DNA from: a virus
Strand: one strand, 5' to 3'
IMG/VR virus record: IMGVR_UViG_3300003660_000011
DNA: 47,473 bases
Part shown: piece after piece, positions 34,447 through 41,512 of the stretch
Layout of the letters: the number at the start of each line of letters is the position of its first letter
Numbering within the stretch: position 1 is the first letter of the stretch
Program-made: the position numbers and the translations under genes
The notes under the pieces: model-generated
What the model was told of the DNA's origin: nothing
Seen by the model: the letters and a program-made list of their open reading frames with translations, nothing else
Database searches by the model: none

Positions 34447-36018
34447 ATGACTGTCGAAGCCCAGAACCCTGACGGTACACCAATCGTGAAATCCGGGCCG
34501 TACAACGGCAACGGGGTGACGACGGCTTTCAACTATACCTTTCCCATCACGGCGATCGGAGAGGTCAAGGTCGTGCGGCAGAACGCCGATCTGACCGAAA
34601 CGGTGCTGGTCCTGACGACCGACTACTCGGTGACCGGGGCCGGCAACCCGGCTGGGGGGCAAGTCATCCTAAACAGCGGCGCGCTGCTCCCGACGGGTGC
34701 GAAGCTTGTCCTCCTGCTCGACATGGATTTCGACCAGGCTGTCGACTACTCGAACCAAGGGCGCATCCAGCTGAGCTTGCTCGAGATCAGCCTCGACAAG
34801 CTTACCCTGGCGGCCCGGCAGTTGCGCGAAGAACTCCTGCGCGCGGTGACAGTCGACGCCTTCGGCACTGTGGACACCGCGCAGCTGCGCGCGAACATAA
34901 ACGCCCTGGCGGCCATCGAGGCCCAGATGATCACCGTCTCGAACAACATCGCGAGCGTGCAGAGCAACGCGGCCGGCATCGCGTCGATCAACACCAATGC
35001 CGCGAACATCGTGGCGATCCAGAACGCCTCGGCTAACGCCGACTCGGCGGCCAGCTCGGCCGCCGCCGCGGCGGCGAGTGCGGCGTCCGCTGACTTCAAG
35101 AACTTCGGCTACGGCATTACCGGCAACGCCCCGCTTCTCGCCAATCTAGACACGGCGGGGTTGGCGTCGGGTATCTATCGTTTCGACGGCACGACGCTTG
35201 GCACGTTCCCGGCTGGCATCGCCGCCGCTGACACGGGCATCGTGATCCTCGACAGGATGGACGCCGACGATGAGCGCATGACGCTGTTCCATGCGACGAG
35301 CGAAGTCATGCACTCTCGCCGCCGTGTTGCGGGAGCGCTGCAATCGTGGGTCGTGCGCGGAAGCGGGCTGGCGTCGCAAGCATTGGCCGAAGCCGGGGCC
35401 GACAACGCTTCGTTCATGTCGTCGCTGCGGACGAAACAGCAGATTGACGCGAGGCTGGCGACGCAAGCGGAAGCTGAAGCCGGGGCAGCCAACACAAAGC
35501 TGATGACGCCGCTTCGGGTGCGAGAGGCCACCAGAGTAAACAGAACCCCAACCTCAACACTGACAGGGGCGTCAGTTGAGTGGCTCAATATTCCTGCGGA
35601 AGTGCAGCGGATAGTAATCCCGATAAGCAAGGCATCTTTCTCTGGGGCTGATTTTCCGCTGGTCCAGTTGGGGACTGCCGGTGGGTGGGTTACTACTGGA
35701 TATATCTGTTTCCGATTGGGGGATGCCGGTGGGTCCTCCGCTGGCGGCAACGCAGTCACCAACGGGATTGGACTGGACGCCAACGGAGCGACAACCGCCC
35801 AAACCGGGGTGGTGATTTTGGAACGGATTGCCCGTGGGTCGAACCTGTGGATTGCCGCTTATAACGGTGTCCGAATTACGCTTCCAAGCTCTGCCAATGC
35901 CCATGCATCATCGGCTGGCGAAATTGATCTTGGAGGCGAATTAACGCGAGTTCGCCTTGTCAGCTCTGGCGGGGGTGCTTTCGACGGCGGCCTTGCAAGT
36001 CTTTCTTGGGAGTTCTAA
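34447..36018 (+). CDS. Tail fibre / receptor-binding protein
   Basis: 523 aa after the ejection-protein genes. Contains Ala-rich coiled-coil segments and two EAEAG...TPLRV-type fibre repeats (AEAGADNASFMSSLR, AEAGAANTKLMTPLRV). The C-terminal domain has lower G+C. Confidence 0.7.
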   Translation: MTVEAQNPDGTPIVKSGPYNGNGVTTAFNYTFPITAIGEVKVVRQNADLTETVLVLTTDYSVTGAGNPAGGQVILNSGALLPTGAKLVLLLDMDFDQAVDYSNQGRIQLSLLEISLDKLTLAARQLREELLRAVTVDAFGTVDTAQLRANINALAAIEAQMITVSNNIASVQSNAAGIASINTNAANIVAIQNASANADSAASSAAAAAASAASADFKNFGYGITGNAPLLANLDTAGLASGIYRFDGTTLGTFPAGIAAADTGIVILDRMDADDERMTLFHATSEVMHSRRRVAGALQSWVVRGSGLASQALAEAGADNASFMSSLRTKQQIDARLATQAEAEAGAANTKLMTPLRVREATRVNRTPTSTLTGASVEWLNIPAEVQRIVIPISKASFSGADFPLVQLGTAGGWVTTGYICFRLGDAGGSSAGGNAVTNGIGLDANGATTAQTGVVILERIARGSNLWIAAYNGVRITLPSSANAHASSAGEIDLGGELTRVRLVSSGGGAFDGGLASLSWEF

Positions 36019-36021
36019 CAA

Positions 36022-36402
36022 ATGAAGCGGCTTGTAATAAATGCAGTCTCTGGGGAAAAAACCCTTGTGGACATGACACCTTCTGAGGTTGCGGACCTCC
36101 CGAAAGCTAGTCCCCCTCCGGTCCCGCAAGAACTTTCCTTCGCCCAACTCCTGATTGGTCTTGTCGCCGAGGGATGGATCACCGAAGCGGAAGGTGATGC
36201 GTGGACGAACCGGCAGTTGCCTGCTGCGGTCAACGCGCTTATCTCTGGCCTGCCGCAAGCAGAGCGTTTTGCGGCTCGGGCCAGAGCCAAGCTGCCGTCC
36301 GTTGTGCTGCGCAATGACGCGCTTGTCGTCGCACTCGCAACACAGCAGGGCAAGACGGCGGAACAACTCGACGACTTTTTCCGAACCTACGCGAACGTCT
36401 AA
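36022..36402 (+). CDS. Hypothetical protein downstream of the tail fibre (possible fibre accessory/assembly protein)
   Basis: 126 aa. Starts 4 nt after the fibre stop and shares the lower-G+C island. No motif recognised. Confidence 0.5.
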   Translation: MKRLVINAVSGEKTLVDMTPSEVADLPKASPPPVPQELSFAQLLIGLVAEGWITEAEGDAWTNRQLPAAVNALISGLPQAERFAARARAKLPSVVLRNDALVVALATQQGKTAEQLDDFFRTYANV

Positions 36403-36491
36403 AGGGGGGAGCGCATTATGCGGTTTTGGAAAGGCGCCCCGTCCCACCCCGATCAAAATCCGCCCACCTCAAATCTGACGAAGGACTGCCC

Positions 36492-36767
36492 ATGACCACC
36501 TCGACGACCAATATCTCCGAAAGCATCCTCGAGTGGTGGCACGTCCTGGTTTACGCGGCGACCATGTTCATCGGCTTCATCCTCGGGACGGCGAAGCAGC
36601 GCTGGACCCAGGAGCAGCTGCAGCTCCGGGTCGCCGCGCTGGAGACCCGGCTCGTGAGCCTCGAACACGCGGCCAACGTCGACAGCCGCGCCGTCCTTGT
36701 CATGCAGAACGAGCTGACCCATATCCGCTCAGCGCTGGTCGACATCAAAGAGAAGCTGGAGGCTTGA
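36492..36767 (+). CDS. Membrane protein with one N-terminal TM helix and a coiled-coil (holin/antiholin- or spanin-like)
   Basis: GAAGGA RBS. WWHVLVYAATMFIGFILG is followed by LQLRVAALETRLVSLE. Directly upstream of the endolysin gene. Confidence 0.5.
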   Translation: MTTSTTNISESILEWWHVLVYAATMFIGFILGTAKQRWTQEQLQLRVAALETRLVSLEHAANVDSRAVLVMQNELTHIRSALVDIKEKLEA

Positions 36768-36768
36768 C

Positions 36769-37593
36769 ATGACCCGCCCGACCCCACTGACCAGCTTCGG
36801 CCTGCGCGAGATCGAGCGCATCGCCGGCCGGGAGATCGACACCGCCAACGCGAAGAGCGCGCTGGTCGCGATCCACGACTATGGTTACGAGAAGCTCGGG
36901 CTGAACCGGCCGCACCGGCTGGCCCAGCTCGTGGCGCAGATCATGCACGAGAGTGCCCGGTTCAAGTACGACCGCGAACTCTGGGGTCCGACCCCCGCGC
37001 AGAAGCGCTACGAGACCCGCACTGACCTGGGCAACACAGCAGCGGTCGACGGTGACGGGTATCTCTACCGCGGGCGGGCAGGTATCCAGATCACCGGCAA
37101 GTCCAACTACCGTCAGTTCACCGAGTGGTGCAAGGCGCGCTTCAAGAGCGCGCCCGACTTCGTCAAGGACCCTGACCTGGTCAACACCGACCCGTGGGAG
37201 GGCCTCGCGGCGCTCTGGTATTGGGAGACGCGAAAGCTGAACACCCACGCCGACAGGGGCGACATCAACACGGTGACCAGGGTCATCAACGGCGGGCACA
37301 ACGGACTGCGGGATCGGAAGGACCTCTACGTCCGCACTGCGCTTGTCCTGCTCGGATACGCCCCGCACGAGGTCATCCGCTTCCAGATGGACAACGCGCT
37401 GAGCGTCGATGGGGTCGCCGGACCGGTGACCCTTGCCGCGCTGCACCGCGCGCTGGTGCTGGCAAAGCCGCTCACGGATCGCCAGGCGGCGCCCGCCAGG
37501 CCTCAGGCCTTGCGAAAGCCCGCCGAGTATGGGATCATCGCCGCCATCGGGGCAGGGATCGCCTACCTCATTCAATGGCTGACAGGGGGTTGA
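36769..37593 (+). CDS. Endolysin: GH19-type muramidase/chitinase-like domain, PG_binding_1-type domain and a C-terminal hydrophobic segment
   Basis: IMHESARFKYDRE and YRGRAGIQITGKSNY (GH19 signature-like). LSVDGVAGPVTLAAL (peptidoglycan-binding repeat). C-terminal YGIIAAIGAGIAYLIQWL. Confidence 0.75.
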   Translation: MTRPTPLTSFGLREIERIAGREIDTANAKSALVAIHDYGYEKLGLNRPHRLAQLVAQIMHESARFKYDRELWGPTPAQKRYETRTDLGNTAAVDGDGYLYRGRAGIQITGKSNYRQFTEWCKARFKSAPDFVKDPDLVNTDPWEGLAALWYWETRKLNTHADRGDINTVTRVINGGHNGLRDRKDLYVRTALVLLGYAPHEVIRFQMDNALSVDGVAGPVTLAALHRALVLAKPLTDRQAAPARPQALRKPAEYGIIAAIGAGIAYLIQWLTGG

Positions 37594-37594
37594 C

Positions 37595-37828
37595 ATGCCG
37601 CAATCGTTTCTTCTCGAGCTGGTGCGGCAAGTCCTGCGCTGGATCAGCATCTACCTGATCGGCGTCGGGCTCCCCGAGCCGATCGCTGTCACCTTTGACA
37701 ACCCGGAGCTCGCCGCGGAGATCGCCGCCGCGATCACGCTCAGCTTGGCCGACGGCGGCTGGCTGGTCGTGAAAGCGAAGCAGTTCCGGGCGTGGCTCCG
37801 GTCGCGCTTCATCAGGACGCCGCAATGA
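37595..37828 (+). CDS. Small membrane protein (lysis cassette)
   Basis: 77 aa. Hydrophobic segments WISIYLIGVGL and AAEIAAAITLSLADGGWLVV. Starts 1 nt after the endolysin stop. Confidence 0.5.
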   Translation: MPQSFLLELVRQVLRWISIYLIGVGLPEPIAVTFDNPELAAEIAAAITLSLADGGWLVVKAKQFRAWLRSRFIRTPQ

Positions 37829-38223
37829 TCGGTTGGGTGATCTCGCTCTTCAAGGCGCTCACAGGCTCAGGCCTGGTGGGCGCCCTTGAGCGGGCACACG
37901 AGCGCAAGCTGAAGGCGCAGAACGACACCGACAAGCTGGCGGCCGAGCTCGACATCGAGCGCATCGGCGCGGCCCTGAAGATGGCCGAGATCAGGGCGGC
38001 AGATCGCTGGGGCGCCAGCTCTCTTGGCGCGTATCTGATCGTCGTACCGTATGGTCTGTGGTGGACCGCAATCTTTGCGGTGCAGATCGTCAACCCCTGG
38101 TTCGGATGGAACCTGGTCGTGATCGACGTGCCGCCGCGCATCCACGACATGGCCTCGATCCTGATCCCGGCGATCATCGTCGGTGACGTCGGGAAGAGTT
38201 TTATACGAATGGCACGGAGGTAG
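37825..38223 (+). CDS. Membrane protein, putative holin
   Basis: 132 aa. ATGA overlap. A charged helical N-terminal part is followed by hydrophobic helices (LGAYLIVVPYGLWWTAIFAV, ASILIPAIIVG). Confidence 0.45.
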   Translation: MIGWVISLFKALTGSGLVGALERAHERKLKAQNDTDKLAAELDIERIGAALKMAEIRAADRWGASSLGAYLIVVPYGLWWTAIFAVQIVNPWFGWNLVVIDVPPRIHDMASILIPAIIVGDVGKSFIRMARR

Positions 38224-38225
38224 CG

Positions 38226-38738
38226 ATGACGACGGAGAGCAGCAGAGACGTTGTGGGGGTTGTCGGGTTCGCAGACCACGGCGACCCGGTAACCGGTGAG
38301 CGCCCGCTCTTGACCGCGCTGGAAGCGCGGACCTCCAACCCTGCGGCCGTCGCCTCCGGCGCCCGGGCACGAGCCATCGGTACAGCCATCGGGGCGCAGC
38401 TGGTGCAACCCTACGCGCTGCCTGAAGCGTCATGGAGTGCAGTGGGCACGCTCACCACGACGGCCGATCTGGCGGTCAGGGCCGCCGGCGGTGCCGGGCT
38501 CAGAAACTACCTCGCCGCGATCCAGGTGCAGAACACCAACGCCACCGCGACGATGGTGGTCGTGAAGGACGGCGCGACCGAAATCTTCCGTGTCAACTGC
38601 CCCGCCAACATGGCGCTGCCCGCGGTGATCCCGCTCCCGGTCCCGCTACGGGGGTCGATCAACACCGCGCTGAACGTGGCGGCGCTCACGACCGGCGCAT
38701 CGGTCGTGGTCAACGCCCAAGGTTACACGGCGCCCTGA
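38226..38738 (+). CDS. Hypothetical protein (170 aa), possibly structural
   Basis: Starts 2 nt after the previous stop. Ala/Thr/Val-rich and beta-like. No motif recognised. Confidence 0.5.
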   Translation: MTTESSRDVVGVVGFADHGDPVTGERPLLTALEARTSNPAAVASGARARAIGTAIGAQLVQPYALPEASWSAVGTLTTTADLAVRAAGGAGLRNYLAAIQVQNTNATATMVVVKDGATEIFRVNCPANMALPAVIPLPVPLRGSINTALNVAALTTGASVVVNAQGYTAP

Positions 38739-38820
38739 AGATAGCGGTTGACACGGGGAGGTTGCAGGGGCAGGATGCAAGTACTTACCTTAGCCTCTTG
38801 CAAAGAAAGGAGCTTCCGCC

Positions 38821-39189
38821 ATGTTAAGAGCCCTGGCCCTCGCCGCGCTTCTGGCCTCCCCGGCCTACGCAGTCACCCAGCCCTTCGACCTTTCCACCGT
38901 CGACGTGATCCACGTCATCGAAGCGGGCGGGTATAAGACCTACTTCCTCGACCCGGCGACGCGCCCGTGCTTCACGGACCCGGGAGCGTGGTCCGCTGAC
39001 GTGACCAGCCGCGGCTACGGCCCTGCCGTTTCGCGAGGCCCAGGGATCAACGCCGCGACCGGCGAAAAGCTCTACACCTTCCTGTTCGTCGACGAGCCGA
39101 GCCGCGGCGAGGCATGGGCGTTCGTCGAGGGCGTGCCCGGCATCATATGCCTGCACGCGGTGACCGAGAGCACGACACCGAATACCTGA
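38821..39189 (+). CDS. Secreted hypothetical protein (signal peptide MLRALALAALLASPAYA)
   Basis: AAAGGAG RBS. Sec-type signal with an AYA cleavage motif. Two Cys in the mature part. Confidence 0.55.
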   Translation: MLRALALAALLASPAYAVTQPFDLSTVDVIHVIEAGGYKTYFLDPATRPCFTDPGAWSADVTSRGYGPAVSRGPGINAATGEKLYTFLFVDEPSRGEAWAFVEGVPGIICLHAVTESTTPNT

Positions 39190-39199
39190 AGGAGCCAGC

Positions 39200-40378
39200 A
39201 TGACCGAAGTCAACCCCCGCCTGAGGGCGGCGTTGGAAGCCCGCGAGGATCAACTCGCGGGCCTTTCTCCCGCCGCGCGTGAGCTTGTCGATCTGATACG
39301 CTCGCAAGAGATCACCACGATCAAGGCGCTGCAGCGCGCCACAGGCCGAGCGCACTCGACGCTCCATGAACGCCTCGACCGGATCAACAAGGTTCTCGAC
39401 ATGGAACCCGCGCTGGCGCAACGCCTCCAGGCGGGCGGCGCAGCAGACCCCGCCGACGTGCACTCCGCTTGGCTGAAAGACCCGGAAGGCGACAGCGTCT
39501 ATGTCTACTTCGGCAAGAACGAGAAGGCCTCGGAACAGGACGAGCTCGAACGTATCCGGGAGGCGATGATCGGCATCCCGCTCGCCCCGCTGGTGCTGCC
39601 ACCGGCCTACGTCGACGACGATCTCCTGACGATCTACCCGCTGGCCGACGCACATGTCGGAATGGTGGCATGGGGCAAGGAGACGGGCGAAGACTACGAT
39701 ACCAGCCTCGCCGTCGCCAGGGTCACCGACTGGGTCGGGCGCTGCGTGGCGGCCTCTCCGGCGGCCGGCACGGCCCTGATCCTCGACGTCGGTGATCTCA
39801 TGCACGCGGACGACCAGACGAACCAGACACCGCGCTCGAAGCACGTCCTGGACGTCGACACGCGCCACTACCGGACGATCGAGGTGACCATCGCGGCGCT
39901 GGTCACCAGCGTGCAGCTGGCCCTGATGAAGCACGCCCGGGTCATCGTCCGCATCCTTCCCGGGAACCACAACCCACACAGTTACATGGCGATCATGTTC
40001 GCTCTGGCCGAGCGTTACCGCGAAGAGCCACGGGTCACGATCCAGAAGGTGCCGGGCGAGTTCTTCGTTCACCAGTTCGGCCAGTGCATGCTCGCGGCGC
40101 ACCACGGCGACAAGGCGAAGGCGGACCGGATGGTCCTGTTCCTGGCCGATCAGTACGCCGAGACGTGGGGCGCGACGAAGCACCGCTTCCTGTTCACCGG
40201 GCACCTGCACCACCACAAGTCACAGGACATCGGCGGTGTGACATGGGAGCAGCTGCGGGCCGTCACCGCGCGCGACGCCTATGCGGTCTCCCACGCCTAC
40301 ACCGCCCGCGCGCAGCTCCAGGGGATCACGCTGCATCGGGATCGAGGCGAGGTGCAGCGGGTCAAGGTTGGAATGTAG
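39200..40378 (+). CDS. Calcineurin-like metallophosphoesterase with an N-terminal helix-turn-helix-like segment
   Basis: Ordered motifs LADAHVG, VGDLMHAD, PGNHNPH, AAHHGD and TGHLHHH (the DxH / GDxxH-D / GNH / H / GHxH series). The N-terminal segment is ELVDLIRSQEITTIKALQRATGRAHSTLHERL. Confidence 0.65.
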   Translation: MTEVNPRLRAALEAREDQLAGLSPAARELVDLIRSQEITTIKALQRATGRAHSTLHERLDRINKVLDMEPALAQRLQAGGAADPADVHSAWLKDPEGDSVYVYFGKNEKASEQDELERIREAMIGIPLAPLVLPPAYVDDDLLTIYPLADAHVGMVAWGKETGEDYDTSLAVARVTDWVGRCVAASPAAGTALILDVGDLMHADDQTNQTPRSKHVLDVDTRHYRTIEVTIAALVTSVQLALMKHARVIVRILPGNHNPHSYMAIMFALAERYREEPRVTIQKVPGEFFVHQFGQCMLAAHHGDKAKADRMVLFLADQYAETWGATKHRFLFTGHLHHHKSQDIGGVTWEQLRAVTARDAYAVSHAYTARAQLQGITLHRDRGEVQRVKVGM

Positions 40379-40379
40379 A

Positions 40380-40402
40380 AAGGGCGCCCAACGGGCGCCC
40401 TT
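40380..40402. terminator. GC hairpin between the convergent rightward and leftward arms
   Basis: AAGGGCGCCC pairs with GGGCGCCCTT (10 bp, 3-nt loop). It starts 2 nt after the stop at 40378 and ends 2 nt before the stop at 40404. U tracts are weak on both strands. Confidence 0.5.
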
Positions 40403-40403
40403 C

Positions 40404-40490
40404 CTACTTCCGGTATGCGATGATGATGATAGGCGGCAGGTACAATACTAGCACCAATGCCGCCAGACCTTTAAGCTCCCGGGCGGTCAT
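40404..40490 (-). CDS. Candidate 28-aa hydrophobic peptide MTARELKGLAALVLVLYLPPIIIIAYRK
   Basis: ATG 40490 overlaps the end of the upstream gene by 20 nt, with AAAGGTGGGCGAGG upstream. 20/28 codons end in G/C. It is the last ORF of the leftward operon before the hairpin. Confidence 0.3.
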   Translation of the reverse strand: MTARELKGLAALVLVLYLPPIIIIAYRK

Positions 40491-40809
40491 CCTCGCCCAC
40501 CTTTCTTTCCTCGTACGAGATAAGAAAGACCACGCAAGCGCCGGCGTGCCAAAGGTGCGACATCCCGGTTTCGCTGTCGAGCTCGCCAAAGAGGAAGCTC
40601 TTCGTGGTCGGACCCTTCCCCTGCCACCATGCCCAGAGGTGACGCTGCAGGGCGCCGAAGATGCGGCCCCACTTCATCCCCTTCTCCCAGTCACGGTCGG
40701 CATATTTGGTAGCCCCGAAGGTCAGGACCTGGGAGATCGCGAACAGCGCGTCGCCGGGGAACAGCTCGATACGGACCTTGCCGGCGTCGTCCTTGCGGCC
40801 CTCGCTCAT
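40471..40809 (-). CDS. MazG-like protein of the dATP/dGTP diphosphohydrolase N-terminal (former DUF5664) type
   Basis: DAGKVRIELFPGDALFAISQVLTFGATKYADRDWEKG...ALQRHLWAWW...DSETGMSHLWHAGACVVFL matches the D.GK.R..L.P....V..FG..KY....W ... RH ... SG.SHL.H pattern. GGAGG RBS and ATGA overlap. Confidence 0.65.
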   Translation of the reverse strand: MSEGRKDDAGKVRIELFPGDALFAISQVLTFGATKYADRDWEKGMKWGRIFGALQRHLWAWWQGKGPTTKSFLFGELDSETGMSHLWHAGACVVFLISYEERKVGEDDRPGA

Positions 40810-41462
40810 TCCGCCACCTCCTTCCACGCACCGTGCTGCCAATCGTGACCGACTGCGTCCCTCAAGAACCGCTGCACGGACGAAAGCTGGTCGGCTTTCA
40901 AGTCTGTGTCAAACGTCAAGATCAAGTCGTTCGGAAGTCGAGCAAGCCACCGCCCCAGCTCAGCTGCCTCGACGTCACGAAAATTCGCGGGTGGCAGGTT
41001 CTGCCAATCTGCACATGCCGCGGGTGGACGATAGCGGCAGCACTCGGCCGCCAGGGCGCGGTTGTCGTAGCCCTTGAGCCACGCAGGCGGATCACCCAGC
41101 GGTACGTCCAGCGCCTGCCCCACGGCGACCTCGAACCGCATCTCGATCTCCCGGTAAGGCTCACCGAGCAGTTTCTTCAACGGTCGCGGAAGGTCCTTGA
41201 TGTAAGCCTCTGGCGCATCGTGCCACAGCGCCAACCGCTGCTCGGCGCAGTTGTGGCCCTCCATGAAGGAGATCAGCCAGACGGTCAACGAGTGCTGCAG
41301 TACCGACACCGGCTCGTTCGTGTGCCCGGCGTAGCGGTTCTCATGGCGCAGCGCTGTGACGATGTCCGTCCGGAAGATGCGCGACGGGTCCGGCGCGATG
41401 ATGGACAGCTCGCCCGAGAGCGTGCTGACCTGCGGAAGCGGGGTGTGGATGTCGGTTTTCAT
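40806..41462 (-). CDS. HD-domain phosphohydrolase (YfbR/5'-deoxynucleotidase-like)
   Basis: SVLQHSLTV...LALWHDAPEAYIKDLPRPLK (H...HD...E...D series). AAGGAGA RBS before ATG 41462. Confidence 0.6.
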   Translation of the reverse strand: MKTDIHTPLPQVSTLSGELSIIAPDPSRIFRTDIVTALRHENRYAGHTNEPVSVLQHSLTVWLISFMEGHNCAEQRLALWHDAPEAYIKDLPRPLKKLLGEPYREIEMRFEVAVGQALDVPLGDPPAWLKGYDNRALAAECCRYRPPAACADWQNLPPANFRDVEAAELGRWLARLPNDLILTFDTDLKADQLSSVQRFLRDAVGHDWQHGAWKEVAE

Positions 41463-41512
41463 GGGGTCTCCTTTAAAAGGTTGAGGCCAGCACTTTCGCA
41501 CGGACCGGGTAC

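Noticed and set aside
34447-36402. Diversity-generating retroelement targeting the tail fibre (considered because the head module is BPP-1-like)
   Set aside because: There is no reverse-transcriptase ORF anywhere. No template/variable repeat pair is visible near the fibre 3' end. There is no adenine-specific mismatch pattern.
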